The position numbers and the translations under genes were made by a program. A stretch of DNA of 64,000 bases, from NCBI GenBank assembly GCA_964527765.1, contig CAZGQR010000004.1, positions 83-64,082 of the forward strand. Reading direction: 5' to 3'. Position 1 is the stretch's first letter. The number at the start of each line of letters is the position of its first letter. Of this stretch, positions 12,261-20,125 are shown piece after piece. Source of the DNA: an uncultured Planctomycetia bacterium (GTDB lineage Bacteria; Omnitrophota; Gorgyraeia; Tantalellales; Tantalellaceae). Below the pieces are notes generated by a model. The model was not told the origin of the DNA and searched no databases. It saw nothing but the letters and a program-made list of their open reading frames with translations.

Positions 12261-13355
12261 ATGAGAATTGTAACCAGGTACATGCTTAAAGAGCTTGGGG
12301 GGCCGTTTTTGGCGTCACTGCTCATCTCGACGATCATACTTGCGGCCGGCAACATCATACAGACCGTGGATATGGTCATGAACAAAGGTGTTGAGCTTAT
12401 CCAGGTGATAAAGATATTCTGCCTGTTCCTTCCGTACGTTCTTATCTTTACCATTCCGATCTCCGTTCTTTCGGCAGTGCTTCTGGGGTTCGGCCGTCTG
12501 TCGAGCGACAATGAGGTGACAGCGCTCCGGACAAGCGGTGTAAGTATCTATAAAGTAGTATTGCCTGTCGTGCTCTGCGGGTTCATCATAAGCCTTTTAA
12601 GCGTTCCGCTGAACGACAGGATACTCCCGCAGTCCGAATTCGCGGCCAGGAAATTGCTGAAGAGAGTCGGGCTCAAACATCCCGCCGCGATGCTGGAACC
12701 GGGGGTCTTCGTCAAAGGGTTCAAGGATTATATTATTTTTATCCACGGTGTCAGGGGGAACAAGCTGGAGGATGTCCGCATATACCAGCCCAGGGAGGAC
12801 AAGCCTACGCGGACGATAGTGGCAAGAACGGGGGAGATAATACCGCTTCCGGAGAAGAACAGCGTAAAACTCAAACTTTCCGACGGTACGGCCGACGAGA
12901 TCGCTTCGGATAAGCCCGATGAGTTCTATAAACTTTCATTCAAGGATTATTATATGACCCTGAACCTGGAAGACGCCGTGGACACCGCGAATATCCAGAA
13001 GAAGGCCAGAGAGAAAAGCATAAAGGAACTCAGGGGTGATATCAGGAGCCTGAAGAAAAACGCTATCGACGTGATACCGCTGCGCATAGAACTTCATAAA
13101 AAGATCGCCCTTGCGTTCTCCAATCTTGTTTTTGTCCTTGTCGGCATACCTCTGGCCATAACCACCCATCGCCGGGAGAAGTTCGTGGGATTCGGGCTGG
13201 CAATAGTTCTGTTCCTTATATACTGGGGCATCATGCTCAGCGGCATAGCTTTCGCTATACGCGGCATTATCCCGCCGTGGGTCGGGGTATGGTCGGCCGA
13301 TGTCCTGCTGTTCGGGGCAGGGGCAGGCATGTTTTACCGCATCACCAGGTTGTAA
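12261..13355 (+). CDS. lptF: LPS export ABC permease LptF (LptF/LptG family)
   Basis: TM-periplasmic-TM architecture with RLSSDNEVTALRTSGVS and LVGIPLA. First of a tandem pair. Confidence 0.85.
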   Translation: MRIVTRYMLKELGGPFLASLLISTIILAAGNIIQTVDMVMNKGVELIQVIKIFCLFLPYVLIFTIPISVLSAVLLGFGRLSSDNEVTALRTSGVSIYKVVLPVVLCGFIISLLSVPLNDRILPQSEFAARKLLKRVGLKHPAAMLEPGVFVKGFKDYIIFIHGVRGNKLEDVRIYQPREDKPTRTIVARTGEIIPLPEKNSVKLKLSDGTADEIASDKPDEFYKLSFKDYYMTLNLEDAVDTANIQKKAREKSIKELRGDIRSLKKNAIDVIPLRIELHKKIALAFSNLVFVLVGIPLAITTHRREKFVGFGLAIVLFLIYWGIMLSGIAFAIRGIIPPWVGVWSADVLLFGAGAGMFYRITRL

Positions 13356-13369
13356 ATAGGCCTTGGATC

Positions 13370-14461
13370 ATGAGAATACTTGAAAAGTACGTTCTAAAAA
13401 GTTTTGTCGGGGCGTTTTTATTCTGCATCACGCTTCTTATAGTCCTGGGTGTCATAGGCGATATCCTGGGATTCCTTGACGATATTTTCAAACATAATAT
13501 CCCTCTTGCCAGTATCCTGTCCTTTTACTTTTACCTGGCGCCGTTCGCGTTCGTCAATATGGTCCCGTTCGCATGCCTGTTAAGCGCGGTGTACGTGTTC
13601 AACTCACTCAGCAAGAATCACGAAGTGACCGCCGTTATCGCCAGCGGGGTAAGCCTGTGGAAGCTCCTGCGGCCGGTTTTGCTCGTGACTTTCCTGCTTT
13701 GCCTGTTCACGTTCATAGTGAACGATAAATTCGTTCCTTCGTTCATGGAAAAGGCCAATCGCATCAGGCAGGAGGAGCTTGAGCACGACAAGGACAAGAA
13801 GGCTTTCGCCACGAAGGACCTGGCGATATACGGAAAAGGCGGTCAGATAATCTACGCCAAGTCGTTCACGCCCGCGACCGAAACCCTCCATAATGTGATC
13901 ATTCACCGGCAGGGCAAAGGTCATGTTATAGCCGAGAAGATAAGCGCGCGCGCCGTGAAATGGCAGGAAAAGGACGGGTCCTGGTTCGGGGAGGATGTTA
14001 TCGCTTTCAAGGTGGACCCCAAGGGGAATTTTAGCGGGGACCCCGAGATGCACAAGAGCAAAAAGATCTTTATCGGGGAGACCCCGAAAGATTTCGTTCA
14101 TAACCAGTGGGATCCCCGGTATATGAGTTACGGACAGCTCAAAAGATATCTGAAGATCTTCAGCGTCGGCTCGCCGTCCACGGTAAGACGGCTTTTGGTC
14201 GACCTTAATTACAAATTAGCTCTGCCCTTCACCGCCCTTATCACGGTGCTGGTGGGGGTTCCCTTCAGTATCGAGACCGGCCGGGCCAGCGCTCTCATAG
14301 GCATGGCCAAGGGCATCATGGTGGCCATATTGTATCTGCCGGTGATGGCTGTCAGCCTTGCGCTGGGTAAAGGCGGCATTCTTCCGCCCGTTGTATCGGC
14401 GTGGCTCAGCAACATATTATTCGCTTTTATAGGGATATATTACGTCAACCGCAAAAGCTAA
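13370..14461 (+). CDS. lptG: LPS export ABC permease LptG (LptF/LptG family)
   Basis: MRILEKYVLK start, LSKNHEVTAVIASGVS, KLALPF. Second of the tandem pair. Confidence 0.85.
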   Translation: MRILEKYVLKSFVGAFLFCITLLIVLGVIGDILGFLDDIFKHNIPLASILSFYFYLAPFAFVNMVPFACLLSAVYVFNSLSKNHEVTAVIASGVSLWKLLRPVLLVTFLLCLFTFIVNDKFVPSFMEKANRIRQEELEHDKDKKAFATKDLAIYGKGGQIIYAKSFTPATETLHNVIIHRQGKGHVIAEKISARAVKWQEKDGSWFGEDVIAFKVDPKGNFSGDPEMHKSKKIFIGETPKDFVHNQWDPRYMSYGQLKRYLKIFSVGSPSTVRRLLVDLNYKLALPFTALITVLVGVPFSIETGRASALIGMAKGIMVAILYLPVMAVSLALGKGGILPPVVSAWLSNILFAFIGIYYVNRKS

Positions 14462-14468
14462 CCCGTCG

Positions 14469-15140
14469 TTATAAGGTTCTTGCCAGCGTGAACCCCGATA
14501 CCTCTCTTGCTCCGGCGCGGAGCAGTTCCGCGGCGCATGCGTTGAGCGTGGCTCCCGTCGTAACTATATCATCCACCAGCATTACGGATCTTCCTGTGAG
14601 CCGCAGACGTTCGGTGACGGTAAAGGAATTCTTCAGGTTATTGATCCGGCTTTTCCCTGAAAGGCCGATCTGAGGCGCGGTGTTCTTTGTTTTGACGAGG
14701 ATAGAGAATGAGACCGGGGACGAGAGCCGTTCGGATATTACGCCCGAGATAAGTTCCGACTGGTTGTATCCCCTTGAAAAACGCCGGTTCGGATGGATAG
14801 GGACAGGAATGACCAGATCGACGGGGGCGGGCAGGGTCCTGCTCCCGTCGAAGTATTTGCGGATCATATCTTCAAAGACCGGTAACAGCTGCTGTTTTCC
14901 GCAGTATTTAAATTTTTTTATGCATTCTCTTACCGGACCTTCATAGGGGCGGCAGGACCATATTTTGTTAAGGTGCTCCAATGACCGGACCGGGGGAGGG
15001 TCCCCGGACAGGATCAGGTCTTTACACCCCCGGCATATCGGCAGGGGATAAGTAGCCGGCCTTTCACCGCACGCGATGCAATCGGAAGGCAATAATATAC
15101 TTATACACGACTGCAGTATTTGTACCGTTTGGGATTTCAA
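14469..15140 (-). CDS. comF: ComF family protein (double zinc ribbon + PRTase domain)
   Basis: CIACG...CRGC, IKKFKY, PVPIH..R...RGYNQS, LVDDIVTTGATL. The probable TTG start at 15140 lies inside the left inverted repeat of transposase element 1, so the start is uncertain. Confidence 0.85.
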   Translation of the reverse strand: MKSQTVQILQSCISILLPSDCIACGERPATYPLPICRGCKDLILSGDPPPVRSLEHLNKIWSCRPYEGPVRECIKKFKYCGKQQLLPVFEDMIRKYFDGSRTLPAPVDLVIPVPIHPNRRFSRGYNQSELISGVISERLSSPVSFSILVKTKNTAPQIGLSGKSRINNLKNSFTVTERLRLTGRSVMLVDDIVTTGATLNACAAELLRAGAREVSGFTLARTL

Positions 15141-15803
15141 GATTGCAAGTGTCCCCTTTTTTGTTCTATGAAAGTGTCCCCTAATGGGATAAAAGAACAA
15201 TCCATTTTCATCGGGTCTAAAATGTGTCTTTTTGATAATAGACACCGTTCTCTATAGCTGCTCCATTTATAGTCCGCGGGATCGTTGACTATACTGGCTC
15301 TTACGGGATTATTTTCAATATAAGTGGCGGCATTTACCAGGTAACGTCCTTTTATGATAGGGTGGTTTTTGAAGCGCCCCTGCCACAGATGTCCGACCTT
15401 TTGGTATTTAGTATTATGATATTCCGTATAACCACGGGTAAGCCAGTGCATCAATTTGGATATATTTTTAGATATATTCGCTTCTATTAGTAGATGAACA
15501 TGATTTGGCATAAGGCAATAGGCATATAGCATGATTTCGTATTTTCGTTTTGCCTTTTTAAGCGTGTGAATGTATTTTTCATAGTCCTCGTCGAGAAAGA
15601 ACACCTCTTGTTTTTGATTACCTCGAGTTGTAATATGGTAGCAGGCACAATCAATAAAGATCCTTGAGCTTCTTGGCATAAAAATCACCTCTTACTACTA
15701 TAGACAACTTTTATCGTAAAATTGTTTCAAAAAATATTGCAGGGGGACAGTTTCACCCTTAAAAAGGGGGACACTTTGGAGTTTAAATCCCCAAACGGTA
15801 CAA
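15120..15803 (-). mobile_element. Element 1: RAYT/Y1 transposase gene bounded by ~63-bp imperfect terminal inverted repeats
   Basis: Left 15120 reads TTGTACCGTTTGGG-ATTTCAAGATTGCAAGTGTCCCC-TTTTT. The reverse complement of 15761-15803 reads TTGTACCGTTTGGGGATTTAAAC-TCCAAAGTGTCCCCCTTTTT. A second TGTCCCC copy lies further inside on both sides. The interior is AT-rich. Confidence 0.8.
15137..15679 (-). CDS. REP-associated tyrosine transposase-like (HUH, Y1_Tnp) protein
   Basis: MPRSSR, YHITTRGN, AYCLMPNHVHLL (HUH), HLWQGRFK, YIENNPVRA (catalytic Tyr), YKWSSY. GAGGTGA RBS before the ATG at 15679. Confidence 0.92.
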   Translation of the reverse strand: MPRSSRIFIDCACYHITTRGNQKQEVFFLDEDYEKYIHTLKKAKRKYEIMLYAYCLMPNHVHLLIEANISKNISKLMHWLTRGYTEYHNTKYQKVGHLWQGRFKNHPIIKGRYLVNAATYIENNPVRASIVNDPADYKWSSYRERCLLSKRHILDPMKMDCSFIPLGDTFIEQKRGHLQS

Positions 15804-15957
15804 GATGGGGATAGACACCGGGTGAGGGCGGATTCTTTCACCCTGTCGAAAATCCCGTTATAGCCTTTTCCGAGAGGGTTCGCCCTGAATTGTCTTGATT
15901 TTATGTCTTAATAAGTTAAAATAAACCTGAGCGTCGATTTACGCGGGAGCGTTACCT

Positions 15958-16365
15958 ATGCAAAAGGAAAATCTGTTGAACCTTTCACTGTTGGTGCTGA
16001 GGATCGTACTGGGCGCGATCTTCGCGGCCTATGGCGCGCAAAAGCTTTTCGGCATGTTCAACGGTATCGGGCTGGAAGGAACGGTAAAAATGGTGGAGGG
16101 GCTTGGGATGGCCAACCCTTATTTGGTCGCGGTGGTCTGGTCCTGTATAGAGTTTATAGGAGGCATTTTTCTTATACTCGGAATATTGGCCAGGTGGTCC
16201 GCCGCGGCGATAGTTCTTACTGTCTTTGTGCATTTGTGGAAAGTCAGCGTCGTGTACGGGTCCTTTATTCACGGCGGCGGGATCGAATATAATCTTCTTA
16301 TTATAGGGTCCTGTGTGCCGCTTATTTTACTGGGCGGCGGCAGCTGGTCCGTGTGGGACGCATAA
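15958..16365 (+). CDS. DoxX family membrane protein
   Basis: LRIVLGAIFAAYGAQKLFG, EFIGGIFLILG, GGGIEYNL. Confidence 0.88.
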   Translation: MQKENLLNLSLLVLRIVLGAIFAAYGAQKLFGMFNGIGLEGTVKMVEGLGMANPYLVAVVWSCIEFIGGIFLILGILARWSAAAIVLTVFVHLWKVSVVYGSFIHGGGIEYNLLIIGSCVPLILLGGGSWSVWDA

Positions 16366-16445
16366 GGCTTGATTAGGCGGATTTGTTCTGATAAAATAGC
16401 GCGGAAAGAGAAGCTTATAACTTGCAAGAAAGAGAGGTGTTCGGA

Positions 16446-16631
16446 ATGAAAGCCGTAATAGACCATGAAACATGTATCGGTTGCGGTTTATGCGCGGAAG
16501 TGGCGCCTGAGGTGTATGAGATGCAGGGCGACAAAGCTGTCGCGAAGATGGATGAGATACCCGAAGACAAGGCAGAGGATGCCAAGAACGGCGCCGATCA
16601 GTGCCCCGTGACCGCTATCACTGTGTCATAA
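16446..16631 (+). CDS. Small single-cluster ferredoxin
   Basis: CIGCGLC...CPVTAI. ATG at 16446 after GAGAGGTG. Confidence 0.9.
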   Translation: MKAVIDHETCIGCGLCAEVAPEVYEMQGDKAVAKMDEIPEDKAEDAKNGADQCPVTAITVS

Positions 16632-16662
16632 CAGCCCGTGGCGGTTTTTTGTTTTATCCTTT

Positions 16663-16709
16663 CCGACCCCTTTTCAAGGTCCTTTCGGTCCGGCTTTTTA
16701 AGGGGTCGG
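16663..16709. repeat. Inverted repeat CCGACCCCTT / AAGGGGTCGG (terminator-like or structured element)
   Basis: Perfect 10-bp arms around a 27-nt loop, downstream of the ferredoxin gene. Confidence 0.5.
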
Positions 16710-16777
16710 CTTGTATTTTATCATTTGCGATCATTCGGTAGCATTTGATCACGATATGCGGATGCTGGGTGAATAAT

Positions 16778-17566
16778 ATGAGAATACGTCGAAAAGTATT
16801 AGTTGTTTCGGTGATATTGGCGGTCGCGGCTCTTTCGTTCTATCTTTTTTACATGCGCCCGAGGCGCGTGATACCGATACTTATGTACCATGCCGTGAGC
16901 GATGACAGAGACAGCACGCTGCACGTGACCCCGGAGAATTTTTCCCGCCAGATAGCGTTCCTGCATGAAAACGGCTACTCGGTGCTGTCGCTTGATGAGC
17001 TTGTCGAGGATATTAAGGGCGGGACCGGATTCGTCCCGAAAACCGTTGTTATCACGTTTGATGACGGTTATGAAGATAATTATCTGCATGCTTTCCCTGT
17101 CCTGGCAAAGTACGATATTCCCGCCACCATATTTTTGATCACGGATTACGTGGATAGTCGCGGGGGCTACTTGAAATGGGATCAGGTCCGCCTCATGATG
17201 AAGAACGGGATAGATTTCGGCGGGCATACGATGAGCGGCGCGTACCTTCCGTCGATAACCGATACCCAGCGTCTCTGGGAAGAAGTGGCCGGGTGCAAGA
17301 AGGAAATAGAGCTTAAGACCGGCAAGGAAGCCGGATATTTTTGTTATCCCACCGGCGGTTTTAACGAGAAGGTGAAAAACGCGGTAAAAAGAGCGGGATA
17401 CAAGGGTGCCTGCACGACCAACAGGGGTTTTGACAAACTTAACCGGGATGTATATGAATTGAACCGGGTCAAGGTAACGAATTCCGATACGAACAAGCCG
17501 TTCCATTTCAGGGCAAAATTATCCGGGTATTATAATATTTTCAGGGCATTTAAAAGCGGAGATTAG
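16778..17566 (+). CDS. Polysaccharide deacetylase (CE4) with N-terminal membrane anchor
   Basis: PILMYH, ITFDDGYEDNY, DFGGHT, FCYPTG. Hydrophobic N-terminus. Confidence 0.88.
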   Translation: MRIRRKVLVVSVILAVAALSFYLFYMRPRRVIPILMYHAVSDDRDSTLHVTPENFSRQIAFLHENGYSVLSLDELVEDIKGGTGFVPKTVVITFDDGYEDNYLHAFPVLAKYDIPATIFLITDYVDSRGGYLKWDQVRLMMKNGIDFGGHTMSGAYLPSITDTQRLWEEVAGCKKEIELKTGKEAGYFCYPTGGFNEKVKNAVKRAGYKGACTTNRGFDKLNRDVYELNRVKVTNSDTNKPFHFRAKLSGYYNIFRAFKSGD

Positions 17567-17569
17567 ATC

Positions 17570-18859
17570 ATGAAAAGAAACTTGAAGTACGATATCGGGT
17601 ATCTCGATGGATTTGTCTCGGACAAGGACCTGAAAAATGTGTTCAAGGAAGTCACGAAGGCGCACGAGCTTCTGGTAAAACGGAACGGTCCCGGGAAGGA
17701 TTTTCTCGGCTGGATGGACCTGCCGGAGGATACGGACGGGGGCCTTTTGGGGGATATAGAGGAAACGGCCGGCAAATTGAACCGCGCCTCGGATGCGGTC
17801 GTCATTATCGGAATAGGCGGTTCCTATCTCGGAGCCAGGGCGGCTATCGAGACCCTTGCTCCCGGCCTGACGGGAAGAAAGATCTTTTTCGCGGGACACA
17901 ACCTGTCCGGCGGTTATCTCGGGAGCCTTTTGGGCATACTGAAGGATAAGGATATCAGCGTTAATGTGATCTCAAAGTCCGGCACGACCACGGAAACGGC
18001 GATCGCCTTCAGGATCATTGAAAACTTCATGAAGGAAAAATACGGGTCAGGCAAGATCGCCGACAGGATAGTATGCACTACCGACAGCAGGAAGGGGGCC
18101 CTCAGGAGGATAGCGGATAGAGAGGGCTATAAGAGTTTTGTTATACCGGATGATGTAGGCGGCAGGTTTTCCGTCCTGACCCCGGTAGGGCTCCTGCCGA
18201 TCGCATGCGCGGGTATAAACATCAGGGATCTTATCGCCGGGGCGAAGGATGAGCGGAAATGTTCTTCCGACTGCGATCCCGGCAGCAACATGAGTTATAA
18301 ATATGCGGCCGTGCGCAACATCCTTTACCGGAAGGGCAAAAAGATCGAGATCCTCGCAAGTTTCAATAACAGGCTGCACTATGTCGATGAATGGTGGAAA
18401 CAGCTGTTCGGGGAAAGTGAGGGCAAGAACGGGCGCGGTATCTTTCCGGCTTCATGCGACTTTTCGACGGATCTCCATTCCATGGGCCAGTTGATCCAGG
18501 AAGGGGAGAGAAATCTTTTCGAAACATTCCTTATCATCGACGAAGAGGGGAAGGGATGCCCGATCCCGCGGGACGATGAGGACCTGGACAACCTGAATTA
18601 TCTGGCCGGCCGGCAGGTCGATTACGTCAACAGGAAGGCTTACGAAGCGACCGCCGAAGCGCATTTTGAGGGAGGCGTTCCCAATTCCACGGTCTCTCTT
18701 TCCGAGAGGTCGGCTTTTTGCCTGGGGCGGCTTTTTTATTTTTTCGAGAGAGCCGCGGCCGTTTCCGGGTACATGGCCGGGGTCAATCCGTTCGATCAGC
18801 CGGGAGTCGATTCCTATAAACGAAAGATGTTCAAGCTTCTGGGAAAACCCGGCGCTTAA
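17570..18859 (+). CDS. pgi: Glucose-6-phosphate isomerase
   Basis: IGIGGSYLG, SKSGTTTE, DDVGGRFSVL, QLFGESEGK, DLHSMGQ, NPFDQPGV. Confidence 0.95.
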   Translation: MKRNLKYDIGYLDGFVSDKDLKNVFKEVTKAHELLVKRNGPGKDFLGWMDLPEDTDGGLLGDIEETAGKLNRASDAVVIIGIGGSYLGARAAIETLAPGLTGRKIFFAGHNLSGGYLGSLLGILKDKDISVNVISKSGTTTETAIAFRIIENFMKEKYGSGKIADRIVCTTDSRKGALRRIADREGYKSFVIPDDVGGRFSVLTPVGLLPIACAGINIRDLIAGAKDERKCSSDCDPGSNMSYKYAAVRNILYRKGKKIEILASFNNRLHYVDEWWKQLFGESEGKNGRGIFPASCDFSTDLHSMGQLIQEGERNLFETFLIIDEEGKGCPIPRDDEDLDNLNYLAGRQVDYVNRKAYEATAEAHFEGGVPNSTVSLSERSAFCLGRLFYFFERAAAVSGYMAGVNPFDQPGVDSYKRKMFKLLGKPGA

Positions 18860-18871
18860 AACTTGGAAGTC

Positions 18872-19831
18872 ATGGAAATTCAATTTACCTTTTATACGAT
18901 AATAACGGCCATTATCAAACTTTTCATCCTGATGTCCGTCGGGTATGCCCTTTGCCGCCTGAAATTTATCGACGATAGATTTACCGATATGATGAGCCTG
19001 ATGCTCGTCCGCGTGGTATTCCCTGCGCTTATTATCTCAAAGACCGTAACTCATTTCAGCTTCGCGGAATATGATTACTGGTGGGTCCTGCCGCTTTGCG
19101 CCATCGTGTTCTGCCTGGCGGGGATGGCAATAGGAGCGTTCGTTTACCGTTTTTTGAGGGGGTTCGGGGCGCGGAGGGAGTTCATGTGCGCCTGCGGTTT
19201 TCAGAACTGCGGGTATCTCCCCATGAACCTGATATTGTTCTCTTTTGCGGGCATGATGAGGGACAGGCTGCTTATCTATATGTTCCTTTTCATACTGGGA
19301 TTTAATATCCTGATGTGGTCGCTCGTGCCTCTTTTTCTGTCCGGGAGACTTAAGAAGGGGTTCAGGTGGAGCGTGTTTTTAAACCCCCCGGTCGTTGCGA
19401 CCGTTTTTTCGCTTATCTGGGTGGCGATCCTGGGCAAAGGAAGCATGCCGCACCTGCTTGCGGATCCCCTAAAACAGCTCGGGCAGGCTGCGTTTCCGCT
19501 GGCAATGATCACCCTCGGCGCCTACCTTCACAGGTACCAGGCCTATAAGCCCCAGGATAAGGCGGCGCTTCTCAGCTGCGTAGTCACAAAGCTTTTTCTG
19601 TTCCCGATGCTCGTCCTGGCGGTGCTTATGTCGATACCCGTTCTCAGCCCCGATTACAGGTTTTTCCTGTTCCTGCAGAGCATGATGCCCTCTGCGGTGT
19701 CCCTGGTGGTCATCGGCAGTTACACGGGTTCCGATAACAGATTTTTCAGCAGCAGCGTGTTCTACACGCATTTTGTCGCGATCTTCAGCATTCCGCTCTG
19801 GCTGGCGGTTTTCAAGCTTTTTACCGGCTGA
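18872..19831 (+). CDS. AEC (auxin efflux carrier) family transporter
   Basis: Multi-pass membrane protein with FQNCGYLP, FLNPP, PLAMITLG and MPSA motifs. Confidence 0.85.
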   Translation: MEIQFTFYTIITAIIKLFILMSVGYALCRLKFIDDRFTDMMSLMLVRVVFPALIISKTVTHFSFAEYDYWWVLPLCAIVFCLAGMAIGAFVYRFLRGFGARREFMCACGFQNCGYLPMNLILFSFAGMMRDRLLIYMFLFILGFNILMWSLVPLFLSGRLKKGFRWSVFLNPPVVATVFSLIWVAILGKGSMPHLLADPLKQLGQAAFPLAMITLGAYLHRYQAYKPQDKAALLSCVVTKLFLFPMLVLAVLMSIPVLSPDYRFFLFLQSMMPSAVSLVVIGSYTGSDNRFFSSSVFYTHFVAIFSIPLWLAVFKLFTG

Positions 19832-19847
19832 TATGCTGAGGGCGTTC

Positions 19848-19876
19848 TTGACTTCTTGATATATATAGGGTATTTT
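19848..19876 (+). promoter_or_regulatory. sigma70-type promoter
   Basis: TTGACT-17 nt-TATTTT upstream of 19922. Confidence 0.55.
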
Positions 19877-19921
19877 CATTGTAAATCTGTATATGGTGTT
19901 TAAAGAAAGGGGACCACTGAT

Positions 19922-20107
19922 ATGGTATTTGGTGTTATACTTATAATAAGCGGTATATTGATCGCGTTGTATCCCCCGCTATTGGCGCTTATAGTAGCGG
20001 CATTGCTTATCTCTGCCGGGGTGTTACTGGTCGCCGTGGGGTACAGGTATAAGAGAATGTCCCGGCGGTTTGAAGACCCTTTTCTGGATTTTTTCATGAA
20101 ACTGTAA
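19922..20107 (+). CDS. Small membrane protein (DUF3096-like)
   Basis: Two hydrophobic helices with GILIALYPPLLALIVA. AAAGGGG RBS. Confidence 0.7.
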   Translation: MVFGVILIISGILIALYPPLLALIVAALLISAGVLLVAVGYRYKRMSRRFEDPFLDFFMKL

Positions 20108-20125
20108 CAAATAAGGAGAATAGCC

